Positions 1 through 9,635 of a stretch of 36,833 nucleotides of DNA are shown here, piece by piece. Made by a program: the position numbers and the translations under genes. The DNA is from Trueperaceae bacterium (GTDB lineage: Bacteria > Deinococcota > Deinococci > Deinococcales > Trueperaceae). The stretch lies in contig DASSXV010000009.1 in NCBI GenBank assembly GCA_035703635.1, forward strand, positions 1-36,833, written 5' to 3'. Under the pieces are notes generated by a model. The model saw only the letters and a list, made by a program, of their open reading frames with translations. It made no database searches and was not told where the DNA came from. Each line of letters begins with the position of its first letter. Position 1 is the stretch's first letter.

Positions 1-450
1 CGCAACGCGCACTTCACCATGCGTGACGCCAACGAACTCCAGGTCGAGATCTGGAACGAGGACACCACCGCCTTCCCGTTCACGGGCAACCCGAAGCTCG
101 ACCCGCGCAGCAACCCGGCGACGATCTTCGCCGTCGAGACGCGCCACTGGTACGAGTCTGACGGTGCGCGCGGCAACGAGCCGGCACCTGGCATCAAGAA
201 GATCGTCGACATCATCGAGAAGGCCAAGACCGTCGGCACGGACGAGCAGATCGCGCTTGCGAAGGAGCTCTTCCAGCACTCCGCCACGATGATCTACGGC
301 TTCGGTACCGTCGGCCTCACGCCGATGGTGCAAGGCGTAGTCGTAGTCAACGACGCCCTCATGAACGTTCCGCCCGTAGTCGCGAACGACTGGCCGCTCC
401 GCACGCCAGGCGACGCCCGCCCCGAGCAGTTCTTCTACAAGACCGAGTAA
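1..450 (+). CDS. ABC transporter substrate-binding protein, family 5 (DppA/OppA-like), C-terminal fragment truncated at the window edge
   Basis: Frame is open from base 1 (RNAHFTMRDANEL...) to TAA at 448-450. The C-terminus (...PGDARPEQFFYKTE) is typical of family-5 SBPs, and the gene directly precedes two permeases and two ATPases. Confidence 0.85.
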   Translation, partial: RNAHFTMRDANELQVEIWNEDTTAFPFTGNPKLDPRSNPATIFAVETRHWYESDGARGNEPAPGIKKIVDIIEKAKTVGTDEQIALAKELFQHSATMIYGFGTVGLTPMVQGVVVVNDALMNVPPVVANDWPLRTPGDARPEQFFYKTE

Positions 451-464
451 TCAACTAGCAGCCC

Positions 465-492
465 GGTCGGCCCACCACCCGGTGGGCCGACC
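465..492 (+). terminator. GC-rich stem-loop after the SBP gene (mRNA-stabilising element or partial terminator)
   Basis: Perfect 12-bp stem GGTCGGCCCACC-accc-GGTGGGCCGACC with no U-tract. This position is typical for differential SBP versus permease expression. Confidence 0.6.
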
Positions 493-573
493 CTAGCTAC
501 GGGCTACCCGGGTGCGTGAACGTCAGTCGCGCGCTCACCGAGTTCCGAGTAGTCCGTCAAGGAGACGCTGTAA

Positions 574-1563
574 GTGCATTGGTTCATCCTCAAGCGACTA
601 TTGCTGCTGCCGTTCCTGCTCCTGATCTTCTCGATCGTCTCTTTCGCGCTCATTCAGGCGCCGCCTGGCGACTTCCTCACTAGTTACGTAGCTGAGCTGG
701 CTGCTGGTGGCACCTCGATCGATCAGACGCAGATAGAAGCGTTGCGTAACCGTTACGGGCTGGACCAGCCCATGTACGTCCAGTACGGCAAATGGGTGGG
801 CAACCTGCTGCGAGGCGACCTCGGCGTTTCGCTCGAGTGGCGCCGCGCTAACAGCGAGTTGATAGGGGAGAGGCTCCTCCTCACGCTCATCCTCACGACT
901 TTCTCCCTGATATTCACGTGGGCCGTCGCCATCCCGATCGGTATCTTCTCGGCCACGCGCCAGTACTCTTTTCTTGACTACGTATTCACGATCCTCAACT
1001 ACATCGGGCTTGCGACGCCCAACTTCCTGCTGGCGCTCGTGCTTATGTGGGTGGCGTTCGACAACTTCGGCGTGACCGTCACCGGCCTCTTCTCGCCGCA
1101 GTTCCTCGACGCGCCGTGGAGCTGGGCGCGCGTGGGTGACCTCCTCAGCCACATCTGGCTACCCATGATCGTCCTCGGAGTTGCAGGCACGGCGCAGATA
1201 GCGCGCGTCGTGCGCGCCAACCTGCTCGACGAGCTGAGCAAGCCGTACACCGAGATGGCCAGGGCCAAGGGTCTGCCAGAGTGGAAGCTCGTCCTCAAGT
1301 ACCCGACGCGCGTTGCCATCGCCCCAGTAGTCAGCACCTTAGGTTGGTATCTGCCGCAACTCCTGTCAGGCGGCCTCGTCGTCTCGGTAGTCATGAGCCT
1401 GCCGACGATCGGCCCGCTGCTCCTGCGCGCCCTCATCGGCCAGGACATGTACCTCGCAGGCACCATCATCTTGATCTTCTGCCTGCTCGCCGTAGTTGGC
1501 ACGCTCCTCTCCGACATCCTCCTGGCCGTACTTGACCCGCGCATCAAGCTGGAGAACTCATGA
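574..1563 (+). CDS. ABC transporter permease (DppB/OppB-like)
   Basis: GTG start with AAGGAG upstream; YGLDQPMYVQY...GDLGVS N-terminal motif; EAA-type loop YTEMARAKGLPE; about 6 TM segments. Confidence 0.93.
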   Translation: MHWFILKRLLLLPFLLLIFSIVSFALIQAPPGDFLTSYVAELAAGGTSIDQTQIEALRNRYGLDQPMYVQYGKWVGNLLRGDLGVSLEWRRANSELIGERLLLTLILTTFSLIFTWAVAIPIGIFSATRQYSFLDYVFTILNYIGLATPNFLLALVLMWVAFDNFGVTVTGLFSPQFLDAPWSWARVGDLLSHIWLPMIVLGVAGTAQIARVVRANLLDELSKPYTEMARAKGLPEWKLVLKYPTRVAIAPVVSTLGWYLPQLLSGGLVVSVVMSLPTIGPLLLRALIGQDMYLAGTIILIFCLLAVVGTLLSDILLAVLDPRIKLENS

Positions 1564-2690
1564 CGGACATCACCGCAGGGGCGGCGCAGAACGCGAAAGA
1601 ACCCGCCGTTTACGTCACGCCGGCCTGGAAGCTCACCTGGCTGCGCTTCACCAAGCACAAGCTCGGCGTCATCTGCCTCGGCGTAGTCGCCGTCATCACC
1701 CTCACGGCGCTGGCTCCAGAGTTCTTCAGCACCGCCGACCCCAACGTGACGAGCGCTCGTCGCGCCTACATCCCGCCGCAGGTCATCCGCATCTTCCACG
1801 AAGGCCGCCTCGTGCTGCCGTTCGTGTACGAGGTGGAGGGCGCCCGCAACGCCCGCACGCTCAAGATGGAGTGGGCTAAGGACACGAGCACGCGGGTGCC
1901 AGTGAGGCTGTTCGCCCGCGGTTACTCGTACAAGCTCTTCGGCTTCATCCCGTCCGACATCCACCTGGTCGGCTTCGGGAGCGCTAGCGCTCCCGCCACC
2001 GGCCACGTCCTCGGCACCGACCGCCTCGGGCGCGACCAGTGGTCGCGGCTCATGTACGGCACGCGCATCTCGCTCTCGATCGGGCTCGTCGCCGTCGCCA
2101 TCAGCACGCTCTTGGGCATCGTTCTCGGCGGCATCTCCGGCTACTTCGGGGGCCTCGTCGACAACGTCATCCAGCGCATCATCGAGCTGCTGCAGGCCAT
2201 CCCAGCCATCCCGGTCTGGTTGGCCCTGTCGGCCGCATTGCCGCGCACCTGGTCGGTGAGCACCGTTTACTTCGCCATCACCGTCATATTGGCGCTGCTC
2301 GGCTGGACGCGCCTCGCACGCGAAGTACGTGGCCGCTTCCTGAGCCTGCGCGAGGAGGACTTCGTGACGGCGGCCCGCCTCGTCGGCGCCAGCCAGAGCC
2401 GCATCATCTTCGCGCACATGGTGCCGTCGTTCGCTAGCCACATCATCGCGGCCGTCACTTTGGCGGTGCCCGTGATGATCCTCAACGAGACGTTCCTCAG
2501 TTTCCTCGGCCTCGGCATGCGCCCACCAGCCATCAGCTGGGGTGTCATGCTTCAGGAGGCGCAGAACCTGCAGTCGGTAGTGAACGCCCCCTGGCTCCTC
2601 ATCCCGGGCCTGTTCGTGATAATCACCGTACTCGCCCTCAACATCTTAGGAGACGGTTTACGCGATGCCGCAGACCCCTACAGCCACTGA
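1560..2690 (+). CDS. ABC transporter permease (DppC/OppC-like)
   Basis: LGTDRLGRD motif, EAA loop FVTAARLVGAS, C-terminal [14 protein letters not shown] overlap with the upstream gene. Confidence 0.93.
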   Translation: MTDITAGAAQNAKEPAVYVTPAWKLTWLRFTKHKLGVICLGVVAVITLTALAPEFFSTADPNVTSARRAYIPPQVIRIFHEGRLVLPFVYEVEGARNARTLKMEWAKDTSTRVPVRLFARGYSYKLFGFIPSDIHLVGFGSASAPATGHVLGTDRLGRDQWSRLMYGTRISLSIGLVAVAISTLLGIVLGGISGYFGGLVDNVIQRIIELLQAIPAIPVWLALSAALPRTWSVSTVYFAITVILALLGWTRLAREVRGRFLSLREEDFVTAARLVGASQSRIIFAHMVPSFASHIIAAVTLAVPVMILNETFLSFLGLGMRPPAISWGVMLQEAQNLQSVVNAPWLLIPGLFVIITVLALNILGDGLRDAADPYSH

Positions 2691-3735
2691 ACCCCCCGTA
2701 GCAGCAGCCACGCCGCTGCTCTCGGTGAGGGACCTCAAGACCTACTTCGAGCTCGACGACGGCACCGTGCGCGCGGTCGACGGCGTGAGCTTCGACGTCA
2801 TGCCAGGCGAAGTGCTCGGCATCGTGGGGGAGAGCGGCTGCGGCAAGAGCATCACCATGAAGTCGATCCTCAGGCTCGTGGCGGCGCCAGGCCGCATCGT
2901 GGGAGGCGAGATCCTCTACAGGCCGGACCAGACGGGCAGGGCGCGCGGCAAGGAGAGCGAGGTAGACCTCGTCAAGCTCCGCAAGGATGGCCGCCGCATG
3001 CGCAACATCCGCGGTGGCGAGATAGCCCTCATCCCGCAGGAGCCGATGGCGTCGTTCAGCCCCCTGCACACCATCGGCGAGCAGATCGTCGAGACCATCC
3101 GCCTGCACCAGAACGTCACGGCGCGTGAGGCGCGCGCCATGGCCATCGACCGGCTGCGCGAGGTCGGGGTGCCGAGCCCTGAAGAGCGCATCGACTCGTA
3201 CTCGTGGCAGCTGTCAGGTGGGTTGAGGCAGCGCGCCATCATCGCCATGGCGCTCTCCTGCCGCCCCAAGCTCCTGGTGGCTGACGAGCCTACGACGGCC
3301 ATCGACGTGACGACGCAGGCGCAAGTCCTCTCCCTCCTGAGGGACCTGCAGGAGGAGCACGGGTCGTCCATCATCTTCATCACGCACGATCTCGGCGTGA
3401 TCGCGCAAGTCGCCGACCGCGTGGTCGTCATGTACTTGGGTCGCGTCATGGAGCGCGGGCCGGTCGACGACATCTTCCACAACCCCAAGCACCCGTACAC
3501 GAAGGCGCTCCTGCGCTCGGTGCCCAACATGAACAGCGAGCCGCGCGCCCTGTTGCCGACCATCGAGGGCTCCATCCCGCACCCGCTGCATAAGCCACGC
3601 GGTTGCCCCTTCCACCCGCGCTGCGCAGACGCCATCCCAGGCGTGTGCGACGTGCACGTGCCCGCGCTCTACCCGGAGAGCGACGAGCAGCCGGTGGCCT
3701 GCTTCCTGTTCCACCGTGAGGTAGCAGATGAGTGA
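2665..3735 (+). CDS. ABC transporter ATP-binding protein (DppD/OppD-like)
   Basis: Walker A GESGCGKS, signature LSGGLRQR, Walker B LLVADEPT, and a C-terminal oligopeptide-transporter domain ([12 protein letters not shown]). Confidence 0.93.
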   Translation: MPQTPTATEPPVAAATPLLSVRDLKTYFELDDGTVRAVDGVSFDVMPGEVLGIVGESGCGKSITMKSILRLVAAPGRIVGGEILYRPDQTGRARGKESEVDLVKLRKDGRRMRNIRGGEIALIPQEPMASFSPLHTIGEQIVETIRLHQNVTAREARAMAIDRLREVGVPSPEERIDSYSWQLSGGLRQRAIIAMALSCRPKLLVADEPTTAIDVTTQAQVLSLLRDLQEEHGSSIIFITHDLGVIAQVADRVVVMYLGRVMERGPVDDIFHNPKHPYTKALLRSVPNMNSEPRALLPTIEGSIPHPLHKPRGCPFHPRCADAIPGVCDVHVPALYPESDEQPVACFLFHREVADE

Positions 3736-4813
3736 CCGCGTGGTGACGAAAGCGCAGCTCCCGGCTGAGCGCCTGCTCGAGGTGCGCAACCTCAAGAAGT
3801 ACTTCCCGATCAAGGGCGGCGCGTTCGGCCGCACCGTCGGCGCCGTCAAGGCCGTCGACGACGTGAGCCTGCACGTCGACACCGGCGAGATCCTGAGCCT
3901 CGTAGGTGAGAGCGGTTGCGGTAAGACGACGACGTCGCGTTGCGTCTTGCGCGCCATGGACCCTACGTCTGGCGAGGTCCTCTTCCGCCGAGCCGCCGAC
4001 GACGTCATCGACGTCGCCAAGCTCCCTAACCGCGAGCTGCGGCCACTGTGGCGCGAGATGCAGATGATCTTCCAGGACCCGTTCGGTTCGCTTAACCCGC
4101 GCAAGAACCTCTTCGAGATCATCGGAGAACCGCTCCTCGTCAACGGGGTCGCCAAGCGTCAGGAGCGCATGGACCGCGTTGCGGAACTGCTCAGCCTCGT
4201 TGGACTGCGCGGCGAGTACATGCACCGTTACCCTCACGCCTTCAGCGGTGGGCAACGGCAACGCGTTGTCATCGCGCGTGCCCTTGCCCTCAACCCCAAG
4301 CTGGTGGTGGCGGACGAGGCCGTGTCTGCCCTCGACGTGTCCGTGCAGGCGCAGATCCTCAACCTGCTACTCGAACTGCAGGACCGCCTCGGGCTGTCTT
4401 ACATGTTCGTGGCGCACGACCTTAGCATCGTCAAGCACATCAGCCACCGCGTCGCCGTCATGTACGTCGGCAAGATCGTAGAGACGGCCAAGACCGAACC
4501 GCTCTTCGAGGCGCCGTTACACCCGTACACTTCTGCCCTGATGGGCGCGGTGCCGCAAGCGGACCCCCGCAGGCGCAGCGAGATGTTGAGGCTGGAGGGC
4601 GAGGTGGCCAACCCAGCCAACCCGCCGTCGGGGTGCTACTTCCACCCGCGCTGCCCTTACGCCAACGAGCGTTGCATGACCGAGGCGCCAGCGTTGCGCG
4701 AGGTGCGCCCCGACCACTTCGTCGCCTGCCACCGCGCAGAGGAGCTCGACCTGCCTGGCATCGAGCACGGCTCGGCGTTGCCCGTCTACCAGCAAGCAGC
4801 GACGGCGAACTGA
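3728..4813 (+). CDS. ABC transporter ATP-binding protein (DppF/OppF-like)
   Basis: Walker A GESGCGKT, signature FSGGQRQR, Walker B VVADE, HPYT and GCYFHPRC. Confidence 0.93.
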   Translation: MSDRVVTKAQLPAERLLEVRNLKKYFPIKGGAFGRTVGAVKAVDDVSLHVDTGEILSLVGESGCGKTTTSRCVLRAMDPTSGEVLFRRAADDVIDVAKLPNRELRPLWREMQMIFQDPFGSLNPRKNLFEIIGEPLLVNGVAKRQERMDRVAELLSLVGLRGEYMHRYPHAFSGGQRQRVVIARALALNPKLVVADEAVSALDVSVQAQILNLLLELQDRLGLSYMFVAHDLSIVKHISHRVAVMYVGKIVETAKTEPLFEAPLHPYTSALMGAVPQADPRRRSEMLRLEGEVANPANPPSGCYFHPRCPYANERCMTEAPALREVRPDHFVACHRAEELDLPGIEHGSALPVYQQAATAN

Positions 4814-4823
4814 GTATCTGACC

Positions 4824-6317
4824 ATGGAACGCGCGCCGAACGTGGTCGTCATCATGGCCGATCAGTTCAAGGCTAGCGCCAGCAGCCTTTACGCCGCCTC
4901 CGGCACGGCGACCCCAGCACTAGAGCGCCTCGCGGCGGAGGGCGTGACTTACCGCCACGCGCTGACGCCCCATCCGCTGTGCGTTCCCGCGCGCGTCTCG
5001 CTGTTCACGGGGCAGTACCCGCACGGCCACGGCGCCCGGACTAACGAGGGCGGCATGCCAGCCGGGGCGGATCACGCCTTCAGGCTGTGGAAAGCGGCCG
5101 GCTACAGCACCGCGTTGATCGGCAAGAACCACTGCTTCGAGGAGCCAGCGGATCACGACCTGTTCGACGTGTGGTGCGAGGTGGGCCACGAAGGCCTGAC
5201 GTCAGCGCGCCCAGCCAGGGGCATGGAGTGGTTCAGGCCCGAGGCGGCCGTCGCGGCAGCGCACGCCACGCGCCGCGCGATGCCGCGCCAGGGTGCGGCG
5301 CTCTCGTACGCGGTAACGGACTACCCGCTGACTGACTACTCCACCGGCCTAGTCGCAGGTCAGGCGGCGCGCTACTTAGAGGAGCGCGCTGGGGCCGACA
5401 GGCCGTTCGCCCTATGGGTCTCGTTCCCCGACCCGCACACGCCCTACGAGGTGCCGCGGACCTACTTCGATAGTGCGCTTGCTGGCGACCCGCAGCCTGC
5501 GCCAGCCGAGCCATACGACATGCCGGGCGCGCCAGAACGCAACCGCGTGCTGCGCAGGCTGCTTGACGTCAGCCGCGAGGACCACGCGGAACAGCAACGC
5601 CTCCTCGCCGCCTACCTCGGAATGGTGCGCTTCGTAGACGACGGCGTCGAGCAGCTCATGGCTGCCTTGGACCGCAGCGGCCTGCGCGAGTCGACGGTCG
5701 TCGTGTTCCTCTCCGATCACGGCGACTTCGCCCTCGAGCACGGCATGACGCGCAAGGGCGGCGCCTTCTACGACTGCCTCACGCGCGTGCCGCTCGTCGT
5801 TTCGTGGCCGGGGCAGTTGCCAGCTGGGGTGGTGGACGAGTCGCTCGTCAGCCTCGTCGACGTGCTGCCCACGGTCTTGGCGCTGCAGGGGCTCGAGCGA
5901 CCTCCCGGCATGCACGGCGCGCCGCTGCCGACGGTCACCGACTACGCCCCGCGAGCCGCGGCCTTCTCCGAGTACGGTGCGGGGGGACCGCCGTTCAGGC
6001 TCGAAGACCTGGACGCCAGCGGCGCCAAGGGCCTCGAGGCGGTGAAGGCAAGCCTCGAGTGGCGCGAAGCGGAGGGCAGGCGCAGGATGGTGCGCACCCG
6101 CGACTGGAAGTACGTTACCGACTCCATGGGTGACCTAGACGAGCTCTACGACCTGAAGGCAGACGCGCTAGAACACACGAACCTGGCACTTGACCCAAGG
6201 TACGCAGGCAAGCGCGCTGAGCTGAGGGAGCTACTGAACGACTGGGACCACAGGACCGCGAGCGCTAGCGCGGCGCTAACTCCAACGACCATCAGCAGGG
6301 CGAAAGGGAACTCATGA
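4824..6317 (+). CDS. Formylglycine-dependent sulfatase (Cys-type), cytoplasmic
   Basis: PNVVVIMADQ metal motif, CxPxR motif CVPAR, GKNH, PDPHTPY, SDHG and DELYDL; no signal peptide. Confidence 0.9.
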   Translation: MERAPNVVVIMADQFKASASSLYAASGTATPALERLAAEGVTYRHALTPHPLCVPARVSLFTGQYPHGHGARTNEGGMPAGADHAFRLWKAAGYSTALIGKNHCFEEPADHDLFDVWCEVGHEGLTSARPARGMEWFRPEAAVAAAHATRRAMPRQGAALSYAVTDYPLTDYSTGLVAGQAARYLEERAGADRPFALWVSFPDPHTPYEVPRTYFDSALAGDPQPAPAEPYDMPGAPERNRVLRRLLDVSREDHAEQQRLLAAYLGMVRFVDDGVEQLMAALDRSGLRESTVVVFLSDHGDFALEHGMTRKGGAFYDCLTRVPLVVSWPGQLPAGVVDESLVSLVDVLPTVLALQGLERPPGMHGAPLPTVTDYAPRAAAFSEYGAGGPPFRLEDLDASGAKGLEAVKASLEWREAEGRRRMVRTRDWKYVTDSMGDLDELYDLKADALEHTNLALDPRYAGKRAELRELLNDWDHRTASASAALTPTTISRAKGNS

Positions 6318-6742
6318 ACTACGTCTACAAGACCTCCGGCCTCAAGCGCTACCGCTTTCCGACGCACACCAACGAGCTCGTCATGGACCGCGCGGAGGCA
6401 ACAGCGAGCGAGAGCTTCATCAGCGTCATGGAGCCTGGCGAGGCCCCGCCCCTGCACAAGCACGACGACACGGAGCAAGTCTTCTATGTCCTCGAGGGCG
6501 AGGGACGCCTCGAGATAGGGGCGGACGCGCGCTTCGAGGGGCACCTCGTGCCAGGCGACCTCGTGAGGGTGCCGCCAGGCACGTGGCACCGCGTTCACTG
6601 CGTGTCCGACGTCGCCCTCAAGTACCTCGTCGTCGACTGCTTCCCTGGCGGCCGCCCGAAGCACGAGCCTACCTGGGACTCTCACGTCGCCGTCGTGTGT
6701 GAGCAGAACGGCTGGGACATGTCCGAGGTGGTGGGCGACTGA
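6314..6742 (+). CDS. Cupin domain protein
   Basis: Cupin motif 1 PPLHKHDDTEQVFYVLEG and motif 2 GDLVRVPPGTWHRV give a 3-His/1-Glu metal site; ATGA overlap with the sulfatase. Confidence 0.88.
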   Translation: MNYVYKTSGLKRYRFPTHTNELVMDRAEATASESFISVMEPGEAPPLHKHDDTEQVFYVLEGEGRLEIGADARFEGHLVPGDLVRVPPGTWHRVHCVSDVALKYLVVDCFPGGRPKHEPTWDSHVAVVCEQNGWDMSEVVGD

Positions 6743-6785
6743 GCCGCCTGGCCAACGGGGGAGCCGTTCCGCCAGCGTGAGCACA

Positions 6786-8105
6786 ATGGAGGCGGCCCCA
6801 CCACTCACCCCGAGGACCGTCATCGGCACGTGGCTGCCGTTGGCGCTGAGTTGGCTCATCATGACGTCTGAGCTCGTGATCGCGGCCGCGTTCGTGGCGC
6901 GCATGGCGAGTCCGGAGCTCAACTTGGCGGCCTGGGGCATCGTCTTCGCGATCTCCGTGACCATCCAGGCCACGGCGCAGACGCTCCTGCCGACCGGCGC
7001 CGCCCTCGCCTCCGACGCTAACGCCTACGCACGCTTGCGCACATACGCCATGCGCCTGCTGCTCGCACTGACGGGCCTGCAGCTACTCGTGGCGCTGACG
7101 CCGCTATATGGCGTGGTCATGCGGGGCATCGGCGCGCAGCAGGAGATCGTCGACATCGCGCGCCTCGGTGTGCTGCTCATGGTGCCATACGCGTTCGGGA
7201 CGGGCTTCCGCCGCTTCCAGCAGGGCGTGCTCATCCGCTACGGCGACGCGCGGGTCGTCGTATGGGGCTCGGTGCTGCGGATCTTGTGCCTCACGGCCGT
7301 CCTGACGGTCAGCGCCGCCACGGGGGCCGTCTCCGGCGTGGTGGCGGCCTCTGCGGCCGTGGTAACCGGCGTGCTTGCCGAGGCGCTCTTCACGCAGGTG
7401 AAGGTGGTCCCCGTTCTTGCTGGCCCACTGCGCGGGCAGCCACTCGGTCCGGCCATGACGTTCGGGCGCTTCACCAGGTTCGTCTGGCCGCTCGTCGTCA
7501 TGACGGTGCTCACGATGCTCGTGCAGTCGTTCGTCGCCGTCGCGCTTGCGCGCCTCCCACTCTCGCTCGAGTCGCTGGCCGTGTGGCCCGTACTGTGGGG
7601 CTTCCTGATGCTGTGGCAGAGCCCAGGCATGGCGTTCACGGAGGTGGTGATAAGCCTCGTGCGCCGGCCAGGCGCCGTACCGCTGCTGCGCAAGTTCACC
7701 CTGGCGGCCGCCTTCGGCTTCACGGCGGCACTGCTCGTCGTGGCCGCGACGCCCCTCGCGCGGGTCTGGTTCACGAACGTCTCCGGGTTGCAGTCGGACC
7801 TGGCGCAGTTGGCGGGCGGCGCCCTGTGGTTCGGCACCCTCATGCCCGCCCTGCGTGTCCTCATCAGTTGGTACCAAGGAGTCATCATGTACAGCGAGCA
7901 GACGCGCTCCATCATGGAGTCAATCCTCCTCTTCCTCGCCGTCGGCTTGGTCGGTCTGTACCTTGGCGGCACCCTCACGAGCGTTGCAGGCATCTACGTC
8001 GGCATCGTGGCGTTCTCGTTGGCGTTCGCCGCCCAGGCGGTGTGGCTTCGCCACCGCAGCCTGCCCTTCGTGCGCGCCGCGCTTCGGGATGGAGTCGTGC
8101 GGTGA
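6786..8105 (+). CDS. Polytopic membrane transporter, MATE-fold/ANKH-like
   Basis: About 12 hydrophobic segments in two similar halves (WLPLALSWLIM..ARM..NLAAWG and VWPLVVMTVL..ARL..SLAVWP). Start set at ATG 6786, with GTG 6777 possible, because the track start at 6699 overlaps the cupin. Confidence 0.7.
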   Translation: MEAAPPLTPRTVIGTWLPLALSWLIMTSELVIAAAFVARMASPELNLAAWGIVFAISVTIQATAQTLLPTGAALASDANAYARLRTYAMRLLLALTGLQLLVALTPLYGVVMRGIGAQQEIVDIARLGVLLMVPYAFGTGFRRFQQGVLIRYGDARVVVWGSVLRILCLTAVLTVSAATGAVSGVVAASAAVVTGVLAEALFTQVKVVPVLAGPLRGQPLGPAMTFGRFTRFVWPLVVMTVLTMLVQSFVAVALARLPLSLESLAVWPVLWGFLMLWQSPGMAFTEVVISLVRRPGAVPLLRKFTLAAAFGFTAALLVVAATPLARVWFTNVSGLQSDLAQLAGGALWFGTLMPALRVLISWYQGVIMYSEQTRSIMESILLFLAVGLVGLYLGGTLTSVAGIYVGIVAFSLAFAAQAVWLRHRSLPFVRAALRDGVVR

Positions 8106-9502
8106 CGCGCACGCGCCCGAACCTGCTCCTCGTCATCACCGACCAGCAGCGCGCCGACACGGTAGCGCCGGGCGGTCCGTGCCTCACACCCAACCTGCAG
8201 CGCCTGGCGCTGGAGGGCGCGCGCTTCGAGCGCTGCTACGCGACTAACCCCATCTGCTCCCCATCGCGGGCGAGCCTCTTCACCGGCCACCTCCCGCACA
8301 GCCATGGCGTGACCGACGTTACCCACGCCGTGCCAGCCCCCGAAGCCGACTTGCGCCCCGACATGCCGTTCTGGTCGCGCGAACTGGCGCGCGCCGGTTA
8401 CCGCACCGGTTACTTCGGCAAGTGGCACGTGGAGCGCACCGACCACCTCGAGGAGTACGGTTTCGGCGAGTACGAGACGGAGCTGCGGCTCGTCGGGGTC
8501 AAGGAGCACCGCGGCGCCCTGACGCGCTCCCTCAAGGTGTCACGGCCCGGCTACCGCGACCTGCTCGTCGCTGGCGTCGCTGACGTGCCAGCCGACCAGA
8601 CTCCAGAGCACGCGCTCGTCACGAAGGGCGTCGAGTTCATCGAGCGCGCCGCTCCCGGCGAGCCGTGGGCGCTCGTCGTCAGCACGGAGGCCCCGCACGA
8701 CCCGTACATCGCGCCGCGGGAGTACTTCGACCTTTACGACCCGTCCGACGTCGAGCCGCCCGTCAGCTTCGCCGACCCCATGACGGACAAACCCGCCATC
8801 TACCGCCGCATCCGCGAGGCGTGGCGCGACCTGACGTGGGACGACTTCGCGTTCGCGACCACCTGCTACCGGGCGTTATGCAGCATGCTCGACGACCAGG
8901 TCGGCCGCCTCCTCGCCGCGCTCGACGCCACGGGGCAGACGGAGGACACGCTCGTGGTGTTCACGTCAGACCACGGCGACTACCTGGGAGCGCACGGCCT
9001 GCTCTTCAAGGGCGCTCCTGCTTTCGAGGAGGCGTACCGCGTGCCACTCATCATGCGCGGGCCCGGCGTGGTGCCTGGAGTGGTCATTCCGGGTCCCGTC
9101 AGCCTTCTCGACCTGCCGCGCACCCTCGTGCGGCTGCTCTTGGGCGAGGAGTTCGACTGTCAGGGCGCGGAGTTGACGGGGCACCTGACTGGCGCGGGCG
9201 TGGGCGCGGCGGGTGAGGCGTTCGCGGAGTTCCACGGCCAGCGCTTCCGTTACACCCAGCGCGTGCTGTGGCGCGGCAGCTGGAAGTACGTCATGAACGG
9301 CTTCGACGAGGACGAGCTCTACGACCTCGCGGCCGACCCTGGCGAGTTGCGCAACCTAGCCGCTGACCCGGAACACCGCGCTGCGCTGCAAGACATGGTG
9401 CGGCGCATGTGGCGCTGGGTGAGAGACACGGGCGACGAGACGCTCGCGGAGGCGCACTACGGCATGTTCCGCTTCCTGCCGCTTGGGCCGGACGCGTCCT
9501 AG
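8102..9502 (+). CDS. Formylglycine-dependent sulfatase (Cys-type), cytoplasmic
   Basis: GTG at 8102 overlaps the upstream stop (GTGA). Motifs RPNLLLVITDQQ, CSPSR, GKWH, EAPHDPY, SDHGD and DELYDL; no signal peptide. Confidence 0.9.
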   Translation: MTRTRPNLLLVITDQQRADTVAPGGPCLTPNLQRLALEGARFERCYATNPICSPSRASLFTGHLPHSHGVTDVTHAVPAPEADLRPDMPFWSRELARAGYRTGYFGKWHVERTDHLEEYGFGEYETELRLVGVKEHRGALTRSLKVSRPGYRDLLVAGVADVPADQTPEHALVTKGVEFIERAAPGEPWALVVSTEAPHDPYIAPREYFDLYDPSDVEPPVSFADPMTDKPAIYRRIREAWRDLTWDDFAFATTCYRALCSMLDDQVGRLLAALDATGQTEDTLVVFTSDHGDYLGAHGLLFKGAPAFEEAYRVPLIMRGPGVVPGVVIPGPVSLLDLPRTLVRLLLGEEFDCQGAELTGHLTGAGVGAAGEAFAEFHGQRFRYTQRVLWRGSWKYVMNGFDEDELYDLAADPGELRNLAADPEHRAALQDMVRRMWRWVRDTGDETLAEAHYGMFRFLPLGPDAS

Positions 9503-9624
9503 GGCAGCTGCCGGGGGGCGGCAGGGGGCGCGCCGCCTGCGCAGGGTACGTGACGGCCACGCACCTGGCCCGGATCGGCGGGCACATGTGCTGCCAGGTG
9601 AGCATCTCACAGGCGCCGTTGGCC

Positions 9625-9630
9625 TACACT
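9625..9630 (+). promoter_or_regulatory. -10 element of a leaderless promoter for the radical SAM gene
   Basis: TACACT lies 5 nt before ATG 9636; no Shine-Dalgarno sequence. Confidence 0.6.
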
Positions 9631-9635
9631 CCCAC

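Noticed and set aside
999-2441. Long antisense ORFs (e.g. 999-2441, 3214-4155, 21347-22096, 29846-30982, 35874-36572)
   Set aside because: They are shadow frames opposite well-supported genes, expected at high GC, and carry no recognisable motifs.
7262-8101. 746-aa ORF suggesting a sulfatase with a long N-terminal fusion
   Set aside because: The extension is an Arg-rich off-frame reading of the membrane-protein gene; the real start is GTG 8102.
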